From Roseibium sp. (GTDB lineage: Bacteria > Pseudomonadota > Alphaproteobacteria > Rhizobiales > Stappiaceae): 64,000 nucleotides of DNA. The stretch covers positions 956,110 through 1,020,109 of the forward strand of contig NZ_CP134616.1 in the NCBI RefSeq assembly GCF_051016195.1, in the 5' to 3' direction. Position 1 is the first letter of the stretch, and every line of letters begins with the position of its first letter. Below the pieces are notes generated by a model, which was given only the letters and a program-made list of their open reading frames with translations, did not search any database and was not told the DNA's origin. Positions 10,463 through 22,940 of the stretch are shown piece after piece. The position numbers and the translations under genes were made by a program.

Positions 10463-11611
10463 ATGAGCGAATTCAGGACGGCGAGAGTGACACGCCTGTC
10501 CCTGACCGAGTTCCGCAACCACGAACGACTGTCGTTTCCCGTCGCCTCCAGCATGGTTGCGCTTGTCGGGGCCAACGGTGCCGGGAAAACCAACGTTCTG
10601 GAGGCAATTTCCTTTCTCACGGCAGGGCGCGGCCTGCGTCGCGCAACACTCGCCGACATAGCCCGAAGCCCGGGTCCCGGCAGTTGGAGCGTTGCCGCAA
10701 CGGTTGAACTCGACGGGCTGGAAACGAAGCTCGGGACGGGGCTTGTGGAAGGCGCGAGCGGACGCAAGGTCCGCATCGACGGCGAGGATGTGCGCGGTTC
10801 GGAAACGCTGCTGGACTACGTGCGCGTGCTCTGGCTGGTTCCGGCGATGGATGGTCTTTTCACCGGCCCCGGCTCGGACCGGCGCAGATTTCTCGACCGG
10901 CTGACGCTGTCGGTCGATCCTGGCCACGGCCGCCGCGTCGGCAACTTTGAAACCGCCCTGCGCCAGCGCAACAAGCTGCTGGAACAGGGAGGAACGGACA
11001 CCTTCCTCTCGGCCCTGGAACAGCAGGTTGCGGAACTTGGAACAGCCGTCTCCATCGCCCGCCGGGAAACGGTCGATCTGCTTGCGCAGACGGTTGCCGA
11101 CCAGGAAACGCAGAGCCAGCCGTTTCCGCATGCATCGCTGGAACTGGAGGGGGCGTTTGAACGCGACACCGCCGGCATGAATGCCGCCGACCGGGAAGAA
11201 CATTACCGTGTCTTGCTTGCGAACGGCCGGGGACGGGACCGCGCGGCGGGCCGCACGCTCAACGGTCCGCATCTCAGTGACCTCAAGGTTCGCCACGCCG
11301 CCAAGGATATGCCAGCAGCACTCGCTTCGACCGGTGAGCAGAAGGCCCTGCTGATCGGACTGATCCTCGCCCATTGTGAACTCACCGCCAAGGTCAGCGG
11401 GATGACACCCATTCTGCTCCTGGACGAGGTCGCCGCGCATCTCGATCCGGACCGGCGGGCAGCCCTCTTTTCCAAGCTCGTCATGCTTGGGGGGCAGGTC
11501 TTCATGACCGGCACGGACCAGGCGCTTTTCGAGGCGCTGCCGACGGAGGCCCAGGTCCTTGAAATCGGCAGCGGAGAAGCACGGTCGATCACACCTGCGC
11601 CAACCTCATAA
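10463..11611 (+). CDS. recF: DNA replication/repair protein RecF
   Basis: G.NGAGKTNVLEAIS, RRRFLDR, GPHLSDL, STGEQK, LLLDEVAAHLD. Confidence 0.97.
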   Translation: MSEFRTARVTRLSLTEFRNHERLSFPVASSMVALVGANGAGKTNVLEAISFLTAGRGLRRATLADIARSPGPGSWSVAATVELDGLETKLGTGLVEGASGRKVRIDGEDVRGSETLLDYVRVLWLVPAMDGLFTGPGSDRRRFLDRLTLSVDPGHGRRVGNFETALRQRNKLLEQGGTDTFLSALEQQVAELGTAVSIARRETVDLLAQTVADQETQSQPFPHASLELEGAFERDTAGMNAADREEHYRVLLANGRGRDRAAGRTLNGPHLSDLKVRHAAKDMPAALASTGEQKALLIGLILAHCELTAKVSGMTPILLLDEVAAHLDPDRRAALFSKLVMLGGQVFMTGTDQALFEALPTEAQVLEIGSGEARSITPAPTS

Positions 11612-11734
11612 AACCGCCTGAATCTTGTGGTTTTCCACCATAATCGTTTCGCTGGCTTCACGACGGGCCGCGTGCGGTTGAACACCCCGGGGAACCCCGT
11701 ATAACGGGGTGATAACAGACAAACCGATTGGTGA

Positions 11735-14197
<2,463 letters not shown>

Positions 14198-14220
14198 TGG
14201 CCGTGAAGGGAAGCGCATGA

Positions 14221-14253
14221 CGCTTCGCGGAACGCATTTCGTTTCGCGAAGCG
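14221..14253. terminator. GC-rich hairpin after gyrB (terminator or stabiliser)
   Basis: CGCTTCGCGGAACG-CATTT-CGTTTCGCGAAGCG; no clear U-tract. Confidence 0.5.
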
Positions 14254-14583
14254 GCGGGCGAGTATCAACCTGTCTTCATAATTTTCAATAGCTTAGACGG
14301 AACCTAACATTCTGTCTGAATTGTGGGACATGAGCCTCACGTCGTGCTGAAACGGGTTTTCGGATTTCGAGTCGATCCCGAAGATCAGACTCTTGCCCTT
14401 GCCCATCGTTCGCCGAGAAGGGGCCATGTCCGGCCCCGGACCAGCCGTTGGCAGTTCGCGCCAAAAAATTCTGCAAATGTATGCTGAGGTTTAACTGCCC
14501 TAACGGTAGTTATTTATCCCAATTGCCAACCAGTACCCCTGACGCAACACTAATGACCGTCTTGCATGTTGGGGTTAATCAAA

Positions 14584-16500
14584 ATGTCTGCAACAGATTT
14601 CAAGAAGTGTTTTCTGGTCTTGGCAACTGCGTTCGCTTTTGCATTTCCGAATAGCGCCAGCGCATTCGAAGGCACCGTGTCCACAGACATCGTGGAGAGT
14701 GGCCCAAACTATTCTCCGTTCGTCAATCGGGCCTATCCGGACCAGGTGCTCTTCGGCGATCTGCATTTTCATACCGAGATTTCCTTCGACGCCGGTCTGA
14801 TCGGTACAAGTTTGAACATGCACGATGCCTTTCGCATCGCGCGCGGCGAGAAAGTCAACTCCAACACCGGTCAGCCGGTGCAGTTGATACGGCCCCTAGA
14901 TTTCCTCGCGATTACCGAACATGCAGAGATGATCGGACTGGCGACAGCCATTCGTGAAGGGGACCCGCGTCTGCTCGCGGACGCGTGGGGACGCCAAACT
15001 TTCGAAAAATTCAACTCGGGCCAGGACGGCCGCATGGCGGCATTCGCCGATATCATCGATATCGGAACTGTGCAGGGGCGTGATCCGACCGAAGGGCTCG
15101 GACTGGATGGCGATATCTGGCTGGATATTGTGGAGACGGTCGACGCCTACAACAACCCGGGCAGCTTTACCGCGCTGGCCGGCTTCGAGTGGACCTTTAC
15201 TCCGCAAGGGGACAATCTCCACCGCGTGGTCCTGTTTCGCGACGGCGCGGAGCGCACGTCCCGGACGCGTCCGTTCACGTTTTTCGAGGGGTCGGATCCT
15301 GAACTCCTCTGGGACTACCTTGCCGGATATGAAGCGTCGACCGGCGGACAGGTGATCGCGGTCCCGCACAATGCGAACATGAGCAACGGCCTCATGTTCT
15401 CTCCGACGAAATTCGACGGCACACCGATGGATGCCGACTATGCGAGGAAACGGATCCGCTGGGAGCCGATGCACGAAATGACGCAGATAAAAGGCGATGA
15501 AGAAACCCATCCGCTTCTGTCGCCCGAAGACGAGTTTGCCGATTTCGAAAGCTGGGATGTCGGCAACCTGTCCGGCCGCGTCCCCAAGACACCCGAAATG
15601 CTGCGCTACGAATATGCCCGTTCCGCGCTAAAGGTGGGACTGGAAGTCGAACGGGAATTGGGGGTGAACCCGTTCAAGTTCGGCTTTTACGGAACGACCG
15701 ATGCCCACACGGCAATCCCGACCACACGCGAAGACAACTATTTCGGAAAGTATCAACACACCGAGCCTTCCGCGACCAGACACAATATCGACGTCATACC
15801 AGCCGAGGACCCTGCATTGCGCATCCTGACCGCGCAGGAATCGGCCGCCGGTCTGACGGCGGTCTGGGCGCGGGAAAACACGCGCGGCGAGATATTCGAT
15901 GCACTGACGCGCAAGGAGGCCTATGCCACGACCGGATCGCGTATCCGGGTGCGCGTTTTTGCCGGATGGGATTTCACGCAAGACGATCTGGGGGCGCAGG
16001 ATTTTGTCACGACCGGATATCAGCGCGGCGTCCCGATGGGCGGCGACCTGGTACAGGCACCGGACAACGCAACCCCTCGTTTGATGGTGCAGGCTCTGCG
16101 TGATCCGGACGGCGCTAACCTAGACCGCATCCAGGTGATCAAGGGCTGGATTGACGCAGCTGGCGAGACGCATGAGAGAGTTTACGACATCGCGGTATCC
16201 GGTGACCGGCAAATAGGCCCGGATGGACGCGCCCGCGAAGCGGTCGGAAACACCGTGAATATCGAAAAGGCGACCTTTACCAACACGATCGGGTCTGCGG
16301 CCCTTTCGGGGTTTTGGCAGGACCCGGAGTTCGACGCCTCCGAAGATGCTTTCTACTACGTCCGCGTGATCGAAATTCCAAAACCACGTTGGACAACCTA
16401 CGACGCTGTCTTTTATGGCGTTCCGTTGCCGGAGACCGTGCCGCCCAGCGTGCAGGATCGGGCGTACACGTCGCCTATCTGGTACAAGGCTGGCGATTGA
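14584..16500 (+). CDS. Exported DUF3604-family (PHP-like) putative metallohydrolase
   Basis: Sec-type signal peptide; GDLHFHTEISFDA, LDFLAITEHAE, NLHRVV.FRD, PHNANMSNG, GTTDAH, QDRAYTSPIWY. Confidence 0.85.
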   Translation: MSATDFKKCFLVLATAFAFAFPNSASAFEGTVSTDIVESGPNYSPFVNRAYPDQVLFGDLHFHTEISFDAGLIGTSLNMHDAFRIARGEKVNSNTGQPVQLIRPLDFLAITEHAEMIGLATAIREGDPRLLADAWGRQTFEKFNSGQDGRMAAFADIIDIGTVQGRDPTEGLGLDGDIWLDIVETVDAYNNPGSFTALAGFEWTFTPQGDNLHRVVLFRDGAERTSRTRPFTFFEGSDPELLWDYLAGYEASTGGQVIAVPHNANMSNGLMFSPTKFDGTPMDADYARKRIRWEPMHEMTQIKGDEETHPLLSPEDEFADFESWDVGNLSGRVPKTPEMLRYEYARSALKVGLEVERELGVNPFKFGFYGTTDAHTAIPTTREDNYFGKYQHTEPSATRHNIDVIPAEDPALRILTAQESAAGLTAVWARENTRGEIFDALTRKEAYATTGSRIRVRVFAGWDFTQDDLGAQDFVTTGYQRGVPMGGDLVQAPDNATPRLMVQALRDPDGANLDRIQVIKGWIDAAGETHERVYDIAVSGDRQIGPDGRAREAVGNTVNIEKATFTNTIGSAALSGFWQDPEFDASEDAFYYVRVIEIPKPRWTTYDAVFYGVPLPETVPPSVQDRAYTSPIWYKAGD

Positions 16501-16640
16501 GTCGCGCACTGTCCCCGCGGTTCCAATCAACCAGCGGGCAGAAGCAGCGGGCCCGTTAACTGTGCCAGCTGGCGCTTGTGCAAAATCCCTCTTTCGGCCC
16601 GAAGCTGCCGTCTGTGTTGCATTGGGCCAGTGTCCGTTTC

Positions 16641-18230
16641 TCAGGCGCGCGCTGCGATCAGATCGGCCGCCTTCTCCGCGATCATGATAACAGGAGCTTG
16701 GGGATGGCCGGTGTTCATCCGGGGCATCACGGAGGCATCGGCGATACTCAGCCCGTCCAGTCCGTGCACCTTTAGATCAGGTGCTACAACGGCGTTTTTG
16801 TCCTGACCCATGCGGCAGCTCCCAACCGGATGCCATGATGTGGACGACACTTCACGAATATTGGCGATCAGGTCTTCTTCGTTTGTCAGGTCGGGACCAG
16901 GCGAGATTTCCCGCGGCCTTAGATCTGCAAAGGCCTCTTGCGACACGACGCGTCGCGCTTGTGCAATGCAGGCAAGCATGAGATCGATATCAGCAGGGTC
17001 GCTCAGGTATCCCGGGTCGATCAATGGCCGGTCCAAAGGATTGTCGGACATGATGGCAATACGCCCCGTGCTCCGCGGGCGCGTCGGGAAGCCAGAGATT
17101 GTAAAACCATGCCGATCGGGCGGACGCATCTCAGGTGCGCCGAGGCTGATGTAAAACGGGATCATCAGAAGTTCGATGTCAGGTGCTTCAACGCCCGGGT
17201 TTGATTTCAGAAACGCGCCGGATTCAAAATGATTGGTCGTTAGCGGTCCGCGCCCTTCTTCAAACAGACGTTGTGCATCGGCTAGGTGTTCCGCAGTGCG
17301 CCCGAAGAACGTCAGCGGTTTATCGATCTCCCACCGGCTGCGGTAGTGCAAATGGTCTTGCAGGTTTTTGCCGACGCCGGGCAAATCGTGCCGGACTTCA
17401 ACCCCGACACTTTGAAGGAGTTCCGCCGGACCAATTCCCGAGATCTGAAGAAGATGCGGGGATCCAACAGCACCGGCCGAGAGGACGGTTTCCGGTGCCG
17501 CGGCACGCTGAACTTGTCCGCGCACAATATAGTTGATCCCAAGAACACGATTACCCTCCACGACAAAACCAAGCACTGTTGCTCCGGTGACCACCGTCAG
17601 GTTGCCCCGATCGGCCGCAAGTCTGAGATATGTGCGCGCGGTGCTGCCACGCTTGTTGTCCTGCAAGGTTGCCGGAAAATATCCGCAGCCTTCTATGTCC
17701 TCACCATTCAAATCATCATTGAACGGAATGCCCGCTTGCCGGCAGGCCGAGAGGAAAATCTCAGTCAGCGGCGATTTCTCGCTTTGTTCGGTAACCGTCA
17801 AGGGGCCGGTCTCTCCATGGACGTTCGTCTGTCCGGGTCCTTGCCAGTTCTCCGCCTTGCGAAAATAAGGAAGAACGTCCTCCCATCCCCAACCCGTCGC
17901 CCCGAGCTGTTGCCAGGTGTTGTAGTCGGAAGGATGCCCTCTCACATAAATCATGTAATTGATTGAGCCTGTTCCTCCGATCCCCCGGCCACGCGGATAG
18001 TTGATTTGGCGTTTTGAAAGATGATCCTGCGGTCCTGTTCGGAACCCCCAGTCGAAACGTGTATTCGTCAATGCACCAAAGGTGGCTGGTGTCGCTACGC
18101 GCGGGTCGTTGTCATCACCTCCTGCCTCGAGCAGGAGGACGCGCCGTTTGGGGTCTTCGCTCAACCTGCTCGCAAGCACGCATCCAGCAGTGCCAGCGCC
18201 AACAACGATAACGTCGAATTGGTCCGCCAT
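16641..18230 (-). CDS. GMC-family flavin oxidoreductase
   Basis: VIVVGAGTAG, RVLLLEAG, RGRGIGGTGSIN, GVGKNLQDH, WHPVGSCRMG, DASVMP. Confidence 0.92.
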   Translation of the reverse strand: MADQFDVIVVGAGTAGCVLASRLSEDPKRRVLLLEAGGDDNDPRVATPATFGALTNTRFDWGFRTGPQDHLSKRQINYPRGRGIGGTGSINYMIYVRGHPSDYNTWQQLGATGWGWEDVLPYFRKAENWQGPGQTNVHGETGPLTVTEQSEKSPLTEIFLSACRQAGIPFNDDLNGEDIEGCGYFPATLQDNKRGSTARTYLRLAADRGNLTVVTGATVLGFVVEGNRVLGINYIVRGQVQRAAAPETVLSAGAVGSPHLLQISGIGPAELLQSVGVEVRHDLPGVGKNLQDHLHYRSRWEIDKPLTFFGRTAEHLADAQRLFEEGRGPLTTNHFESGAFLKSNPGVEAPDIELLMIPFYISLGAPEMRPPDRHGFTISGFPTRPRSTGRIAIMSDNPLDRPLIDPGYLSDPADIDLMLACIAQARRVVSQEAFADLRPREISPGPDLTNEEDLIANIREVSSTSWHPVGSCRMGQDKNAVVAPDLKVHGLDGLSIADASVMPRMNTGHPQAPVIMIAEKAADLIAARA

Positions 18231-18277
18231 TGAAAACCCTCCGTTGCAAATTCAAGAATACTTGAAATCAACGGGCC

Positions 18278-18350
18278 GTCACCTGAATCTGAAGTTCGAC
18301 TCATTTTACAGCGGTCTTCGAACGAACTTCAGATTCAAGAAGGTGACTAG
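18278..18350. repeat. Palindromic intergenic repeat, divergent copy
   Basis: TGAATCTGAAGTTCG (18284-18298) and CGAACTTCAGATTCA (18323-18337) form a perfect inverted repeat with a 24-nt loop; outer GTCACC/GGTGAC; ends in CTAG. Confidence 0.7.
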
Positions 18351-18363
18351 CAAGTCTATGTTT

Positions 18364-18441
18364 CTAGTGCGGTTTACGAATTTGAAGTTCGCTTCGGGGT
18401 CTGCAGAAGCAATGATGCGAACTTCAAATTCACCGCACTAG
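18364..18441. repeat. CTAG-bounded palindromic repeat (MITE/REP-like), copy A
   Basis: CTAGTGCGGT[TTAC]GAATTTGAAGTTCGC - 24 nt - GCGAACTTCAAATTCACCGCACTAG; near-identical inverted copy at 60814-60887. Confidence 0.85.
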
Positions 18442-18510
18442 TCGAGGACCTCGTTTACCGCCCAGTCTCCGATCTACAATGCGCGTGAACAGTCTTCCTT
18501 GCTGCTTCGC

Positions 18511-18963
18511 CTAGCCCCCGCGCAGCTCTTTCTCCGGCTTCGACCCGCCCAACGTGTCCCTGAGCCTTGTGGCAAGTGCCGTGAATGTTTCGGCCCCGGT
18601 GTCACCAAGTGCGGAGGTAATCAGTGCGGTTGCCTCTTGCCAGACAATCCGCACTTTTTCCAAGACTGCCCGGCCGTCCGGTGTCAGATCAAGAATGTCA
18701 CTGCGGCGGTTTTCGGGATTTGTGTTTTGCGTGATGAAGCCCAGCGCCACCAACCGTTCCGTCATGGAGCTCATGCTGCCTGGCGAAACATCGAACTGTT
18801 TTGCCAGATGCCCCTGTGAGGTTGGCCCGATCCGAGACAAGGCATCCAGGATTAGAGCCTGCCGGTGACGGACTCCGGTTGGTCTCAGCAGGATTTCAAC
18901 CCGCTTTTCCAACAAAGTGGCTGAATGCAAAACAGGGTGGAGGTCTACCGGTATCCGTTTCAT
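18511..18963 (-). CDS. MarR-family transcriptional regulator
   Basis: SQGHLAKQFDVSPGSMSSMTERLVALGFI...ENRRSDILDLTPDG winged-helix pattern; start could be 18981. Confidence 0.88.
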   Translation of the reverse strand: MKRIPVDLHPVLHSATLLEKRVEILLRPTGVRHRQALILDALSRIGPTSQGHLAKQFDVSPGSMSSMTERLVALGFITQNTNPENRRSDILDLTPDGRAVLEKVRIVWQEATALITSALGDTGAETFTALATRLRDTLGGSKPEKELRGG

Positions 18964-19090
18964 TGCCTGACTGCGTTGCAAAAACTCTCGTCACGACACT
19001 TAACAACCACAATGTTCTGATGTAAATAGTTTGGATTAAAATAATTTTGACACTTATAATGCCAGTTCCAAATTTCCTAGGAGTATCGTC

Positions 19091-19636
19091 ATGAAGTCCG
19101 TTGTCAGGATAGCGCTTGCGGCCCTCGGCCTCGGTGTGCTTGCCGTGCCGGCGCAATCAACCGGAAACCTGGTTGAAGTCCAGTTGGCCGACAGGTTGGA
19201 CGACGCGCGCGGTTACTGCCTGGACATAGCCGGCGGGCGCGGCAAGAATGCACCGCTGGACAAGGGTTTGCAGGCTCATACCTGCTACAATTACACGGGC
19301 GGAATCCTGGAAGATCAGGGCTTTGACGAAGCGCTCATCGTCAAGGGAGAGTTCCGAATTCCATATTTCGACATCTGTATGGCGGTGCCCTCCGTTGAAG
19401 CTGGAGCACCGATCTTACTCGGCTCATGTTCCGGCACAGACACACAGAAATTCACCCTGAAAGACAATGGACAACTGGTCACCCAGGCTGACCCGAAGCT
19501 TTGCGTAACAGTCAACAGTACGGAAAAACGGGAAGGACGCGGTGGCTCTCCCATCCATGTGATGCGTCCATTGTCCCTCCAGCCCTGTGACGACGCCAAC
19601 AAAAGCTACCAGACCTGGTCTCTGTTCCGATTGTAG
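19091..19636 (+). CDS. Secreted ricin-type beta-trefoil lectin-domain protein
   Basis: Signal peptide; repeated Cys units GYCLDI / ICMAV / LCVTV; Q-x-F/W motifs (TQKF, YQTW); AGGAG RBS. Confidence 0.75.
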   Translation: MKSVVRIALAALGLGVLAVPAQSTGNLVEVQLADRLDDARGYCLDIAGGRGKNAPLDKGLQAHTCYNYTGGILEDQGFDEALIVKGEFRIPYFDICMAVPSVEAGAPILLGSCSGTDTQKFTLKDNGQLVTQADPKLCVTVNSTEKREGRGGSPIHVMRPLSLQPCDDANKSYQTWSLFRL

Positions 19637-19718
19637 GTGTATTCGATGAACAGCAGTCTGTCCGGTTAGATGAACGAAAGGACGGTCTCGCTTGCAGACC
19701 GAAGGAGGCGTGTCCGCA

Positions 19719-19768
19719 AAACGTTTCGTGCTTGCCCACATCCTCATGTCGGGAAGCACGAAACGTTT
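19719..19768. other. Long intergenic hairpin
   Basis: AAACGTTTCGTGCTT / AAGCACGAAACGTTT perfect 15-bp inverted repeat with inner stem CCCACAT / ATGTCGGG. Confidence 0.6.
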
Positions 19769-20127
19769 CGCAGCGCGCAAAAATTCGCAAAACGTTGGAC
19801 CAGAATCCATCTGCGTTCAAAAGTGACAATAACTTAGGCGGAAAAACAATCTGTCTGAGTTGTTGGAATTTAGGCCCTACATCGCACCAAAACGGATTTC
19901 CGGATTTCCAATCGATCCGGAAATTCAGACTTCCACCATTGCCCATCATTCGCTGAGCAAGCGCCATGTCGGCCCGAAGCGGACCTTCGCGATTTGAACG
20001 CAACGGACGCTCCGGGCTGACAATGTCGCCGCAGCTGGCACTCTACAAACCGCGACGAACATCGTGCACCCGACGGCGCATCACCAGCTTCCTGCGGCGT
20101 CTTGAAGCGCCGCCCGGCGCGCGCTGC

Positions 20128-21126
20128 TTATGCAACTTCCAGGATCATGGACCGCAGCGTATCCTCACTAACGCTGCCCGGCGCGCCAATCGCCACCAAC
20201 CGGCTTTCCGGTTGTCGCGCGCCCCAAGCCTCGTCCCGGGCGATGTCGACCCGTTTGCCCACGACCTGGACAATTATGCGATGATCAGGATCCTCTTCAC
20301 TGAAGACAAATCCCTTCATCCGGTAAACACTGCCCGGCAATTGTTTGACGGCGCTTTTGAGGGCTGACAATCGCAGCGGTCTATCCGATCGTACCATAGT
20401 CGTTGCAAACTGCGCCGCGTGTGAGTGTTCCTCGATGTCCTCGTGTTGGTGCTCAGGACATCCGCACCCCGGTCCATGCACATGGTGATCTGCATCTTTG
20501 AGCTGGCTCTCCGCGAACCGTCCGACCGACAGAAGAATATCGAGCGGGACTTGCGCGTTGACCGCTTCCACGAGCCGGTAGCGTTTGAAGCGCGAACCGA
20601 GCCACTTATGAACTTCGGCCACCGTTTCACTTTTGACCAGGTCGACCTTGTTCAGGATGACCATGTCCGAGAATGCAATCTGGCGGAGCTTCAGTTCCAT
20701 CTGTTCCGGAGCAGCAAAAATCTGTTCCGCGTCGACCAGGCAGACGATGCTGTCCAGGCGGATCAGGTTGCGGAACTTCTGATCTGTGAATGTCATTGCG
20801 ATCGAGGACGGGTCCGAGACGCCGCTGGCCTCTAGGATGATGTATTCCGGTCTCTCGTCTCGCGCCAAAACCTGTTCGACAGTTTCGATCAGATCATCCC
20901 TGATGGAGCAGCAGACGCACCCGTTGGCAAGGCTCATGACATCGTCCTCGATGCCGACGACAAGGTCGGCATCGATGTTTATGGACCCGAAATCATTCAC
21001 CAGAACGGCAACGCGCAATCCATGCTGTCCGGTCAGGATCCGGTTGAGCAAGGTCGTCTTTCCCGACCCCAGGAAGCCGGTCAGGATTGTTACCGGCACA
21101 GCAGATTTTTCTCCAAACTCGATCAT
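20128..21126 (-). CDS. CobW/COG0523-family GTPase metallochaperone
   Basis: GFLGSGKTT, NGCVCC (CxCC), EASG, NKVD, His-rich insert HHVHGPGCGCPEHQH, C-terminal YRMKG. Confidence 0.92.
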   Translation of the reverse strand: MIEFGEKSAVPVTILTGFLGSGKTTLLNRILTGQHGLRVAVLVNDFGSINIDADLVVGIEDDVMSLANGCVCCSIRDDLIETVEQVLARDERPEYIILEASGVSDPSSIAMTFTDQKFRNLIRLDSIVCLVDAEQIFAAPEQMELKLRQIAFSDMVILNKVDLVKSETVAEVHKWLGSRFKRYRLVEAVNAQVPLDILLSVGRFAESQLKDADHHVHGPGCGCPEHQHEDIEEHSHAAQFATTMVRSDRPLRLSALKSAVKQLPGSVYRMKGFVFSEEDPDHRIIVQVVGKRVDIARDEAWGARQPESRLVAIGAPGSVSEDTLRSMILEVA

Positions 21127-21130
21127 GGTC

Positions 21131-22600
21131 CTACTCCGGTTTCTTCCGGTTGGGGATCACGTCATCGACACTGATTGAGAAACCAGACGGCCATTGGGTC
21201 CCGGGCTCACGGAAAACATCTGCCGGATAGTATTCCTTGGGATCGATCTCCATGTCCCGGTACTTCTGATCCTGTTGCTCGGCCCGAGAAGAGCGCGGTT
21301 CCGGCAATACGACCTCGTCGGGTAGTGTTAAACGACCTGCCTCTTCAGCCGCGGCAAGCTCGCGGAATGGCGGAACCGTCCCAGACTTTCCAGGAAGAGT
21401 CGCTTTCCGGTACCAGATTGCCTCCTTGGTAACATTGACGACCGCGACATCTAGCCCCCATTGAAACAAGCCATCATAGTGGGCGCGGATGCCGGCCAGC
21501 ATTTCTGCATCAATGTCTTCATCCTGGGTATAGTGCGTCACCATTCCCAATCGAGGACGTGTGTCGGCAAACAGTTTTCCGACTGCATAATGGGACGTAT
21601 GGTGCGTATCAATCGTATAGTTGAAGAGTTCCTGCGGCAGACCATACTTGTAGGTCATCAGCTGGCCGATGTCCTGGCCGGACATCTCTGTAACAAACAC
21701 ATCGACACCTTCGCCGTACTTGCGTGAAAGCTCGTCCGGGCGGCCGTCGCCGGTCCAAACGAAACTCAGGCCATTCCAGTCGAGGCGGTAACCGACGGCA
21801 CCATCCTTGGCGTGGCTGCGCGGCCAACTCCGAATGACAACGCCGTCCTGATCATAAACAATGCCGCCCTCCTCGCGATAGTCGAACTCATTGACCTCGA
21901 TTTCATATCCGTCGCCAATCGGAAACACATCGAAGGCTTCGAGGTGCCATTTCATCATCTGCTGCATGCCGTTAACCATGCCCTGGGTGCCAAGTTCGGG
22001 CGTGCGGCCGGAGGGTCCATGGATACGCAATGGCGTATAGCCACCGGACCAGGCGCGAAAGGGATAGATGTAAGGAATGTCGGCGTAGTGGTCGACATGA
22101 AGGTGCGTAATGAAAATGTCGTTAATCAGCTGGCCGGGAACCTGCATGCCAATAATGTTGCGTACGCATCCGGAGCCAAAGTCGAAAAAGAACCTCTTGC
22201 CATTTCCAAGCTCGACCATGATGCATGTTCCGGCTTGGTCTTCTCTCGGCGGGTAGGGCGTGGATCCGCAAAAGGATATGCGCATTTCGTCCGGGCCGAG
22301 TTCTTCGGACAAGGGAAAGTAATTGGCATTGGAGCCAGTCATGTATTTTGTCGGTCGGAAGTACTCGGGTAGCGAAATGCCGCCTGCCGGGCGGCCACCA
22401 TAGGGGTTTTTGAGAGCCTCCCCCAGAGGTCCGTCGCCCGAGTGAGCCTGCGCGCCCTGAGAGGCGACCGTTGCCGCGCCGGTTACCGCCGCTCCGGTTG
22501 CCATCCCTTTCAGGACGCTGCGCCTGTTCGGATTTTCAACCCGGTCCTCTTCCGTCGCATTGTCGGTTTTGCGGTCGTCGTCGTTGGTGTGATCACTCAT
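21131..22600 (-). CDS. Tat-exported MBL-fold metallohydrolase (RNase Z/arylsulfatase-like)
   Basis: Twin-arginine signal NRRSVLKG...AQA; DFGSG, THLHVDH (HxHxDH), SHAKDG, WTGDG, THHT, VTHY. Confidence 0.85.
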   Translation of the reverse strand: MSDHTNDDDRKTDNATEEDRVENPNRRSVLKGMATGAAVTGAATVASQGAQAHSGDGPLGEALKNPYGGRPAGGISLPEYFRPTKYMTGSNANYFPLSEELGPDEMRISFCGSTPYPPREDQAGTCIMVELGNGKRFFFDFGSGCVRNIIGMQVPGQLINDIFITHLHVDHYADIPYIYPFRAWSGGYTPLRIHGPSGRTPELGTQGMVNGMQQMMKWHLEAFDVFPIGDGYEIEVNEFDYREEGGIVYDQDGVVIRSWPRSHAKDGAVGYRLDWNGLSFVWTGDGRPDELSRKYGEGVDVFVTEMSGQDIGQLMTYKYGLPQELFNYTIDTHHTSHYAVGKLFADTRPRLGMVTHYTQDEDIDAEMLAGIRAHYDGLFQWGLDVAVVNVTKEAIWYRKATLPGKSGTVPPFRELAAAEEAGRLTLPDEVVLPEPRSSRAEQQDQKYRDMEIDPKEYYPADVFREPGTQWPSGFSISVDDVIPNRKKPE

Positions 22601-22836
22601 TGCGTGAACCTTTCCTCCGGTCTCTGGGGCCGTGAAACCCGGCGGACGATCTCCGCGCGCAGTTCCACAAGTATTTCGTTGATTTGAGAGACTTCCGTGC
22701 TGTCGATGGCGCCACGGGCAAGCCGCGCGCACAGGCATTCGTAGTCTTTACAAGCCTCCTTCAGGTGCACATCTGACTGAAGGCGCTTTTTTATCGCTAT
22801 CGCCTGTTCAGGCAGGTCTCGTTGGACGAACTTCAT
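22597..22836 (-). CDS. Small (79 aa) helical hypothetical protein
   Basis: MKFVQRDLPEQ...KEACKDYECLC...LRAEI; its stop overlaps the MBL start codon (ATGA). Confidence 0.6.
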   Translation of the reverse strand: MKFVQRDLPEQAIAIKKRLQSDVHLKEACKDYECLCARLARGAIDSTEVSQINEILVELRAEIVRRVSRPQRPEERFTQ

Positions 22837-22940
22837 TGACGATGTGCTCCGTTGCGCTACGCTGATGGGCAACACGCTGAGTAGAATTCGGCCTCGGCTC
22901 CAGGCCAAGTGACTCACCGTGAAACGTGGGTGAGACGGCA

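Noticed and set aside
16641-18230. Naming the GMC enzyme betA
   Set aside because: No betI/betB context and the second catalytic motif differs (GHPQAP)
18278-18441. Adjacent palindromes as a CRISPR array
   Set aside because: Only two non-identical units, no unique spacers of regular length, and no cas genes
19047-19060. Perfect TTGACA and TATAAT hexamers upstream of the lectin gene
   Set aside because: Separated by only 2 nt, so they cannot form one sigma70 promoter
19512-20003. 163-aa minus-strand ORF in the lectin-CobW gap
   Set aside because: Overlaps the lectin gene, crosses hairpins, and has no RBS or motifs
21131-22600. Assigning the MBL hydrolase to toxin biosynthesis or beta-lactam resistance
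   Set aside because: Only the fold is supported; no biosynthetic cluster is present and the motifs are RNase Z-like rather than class B beta-lactamase-like
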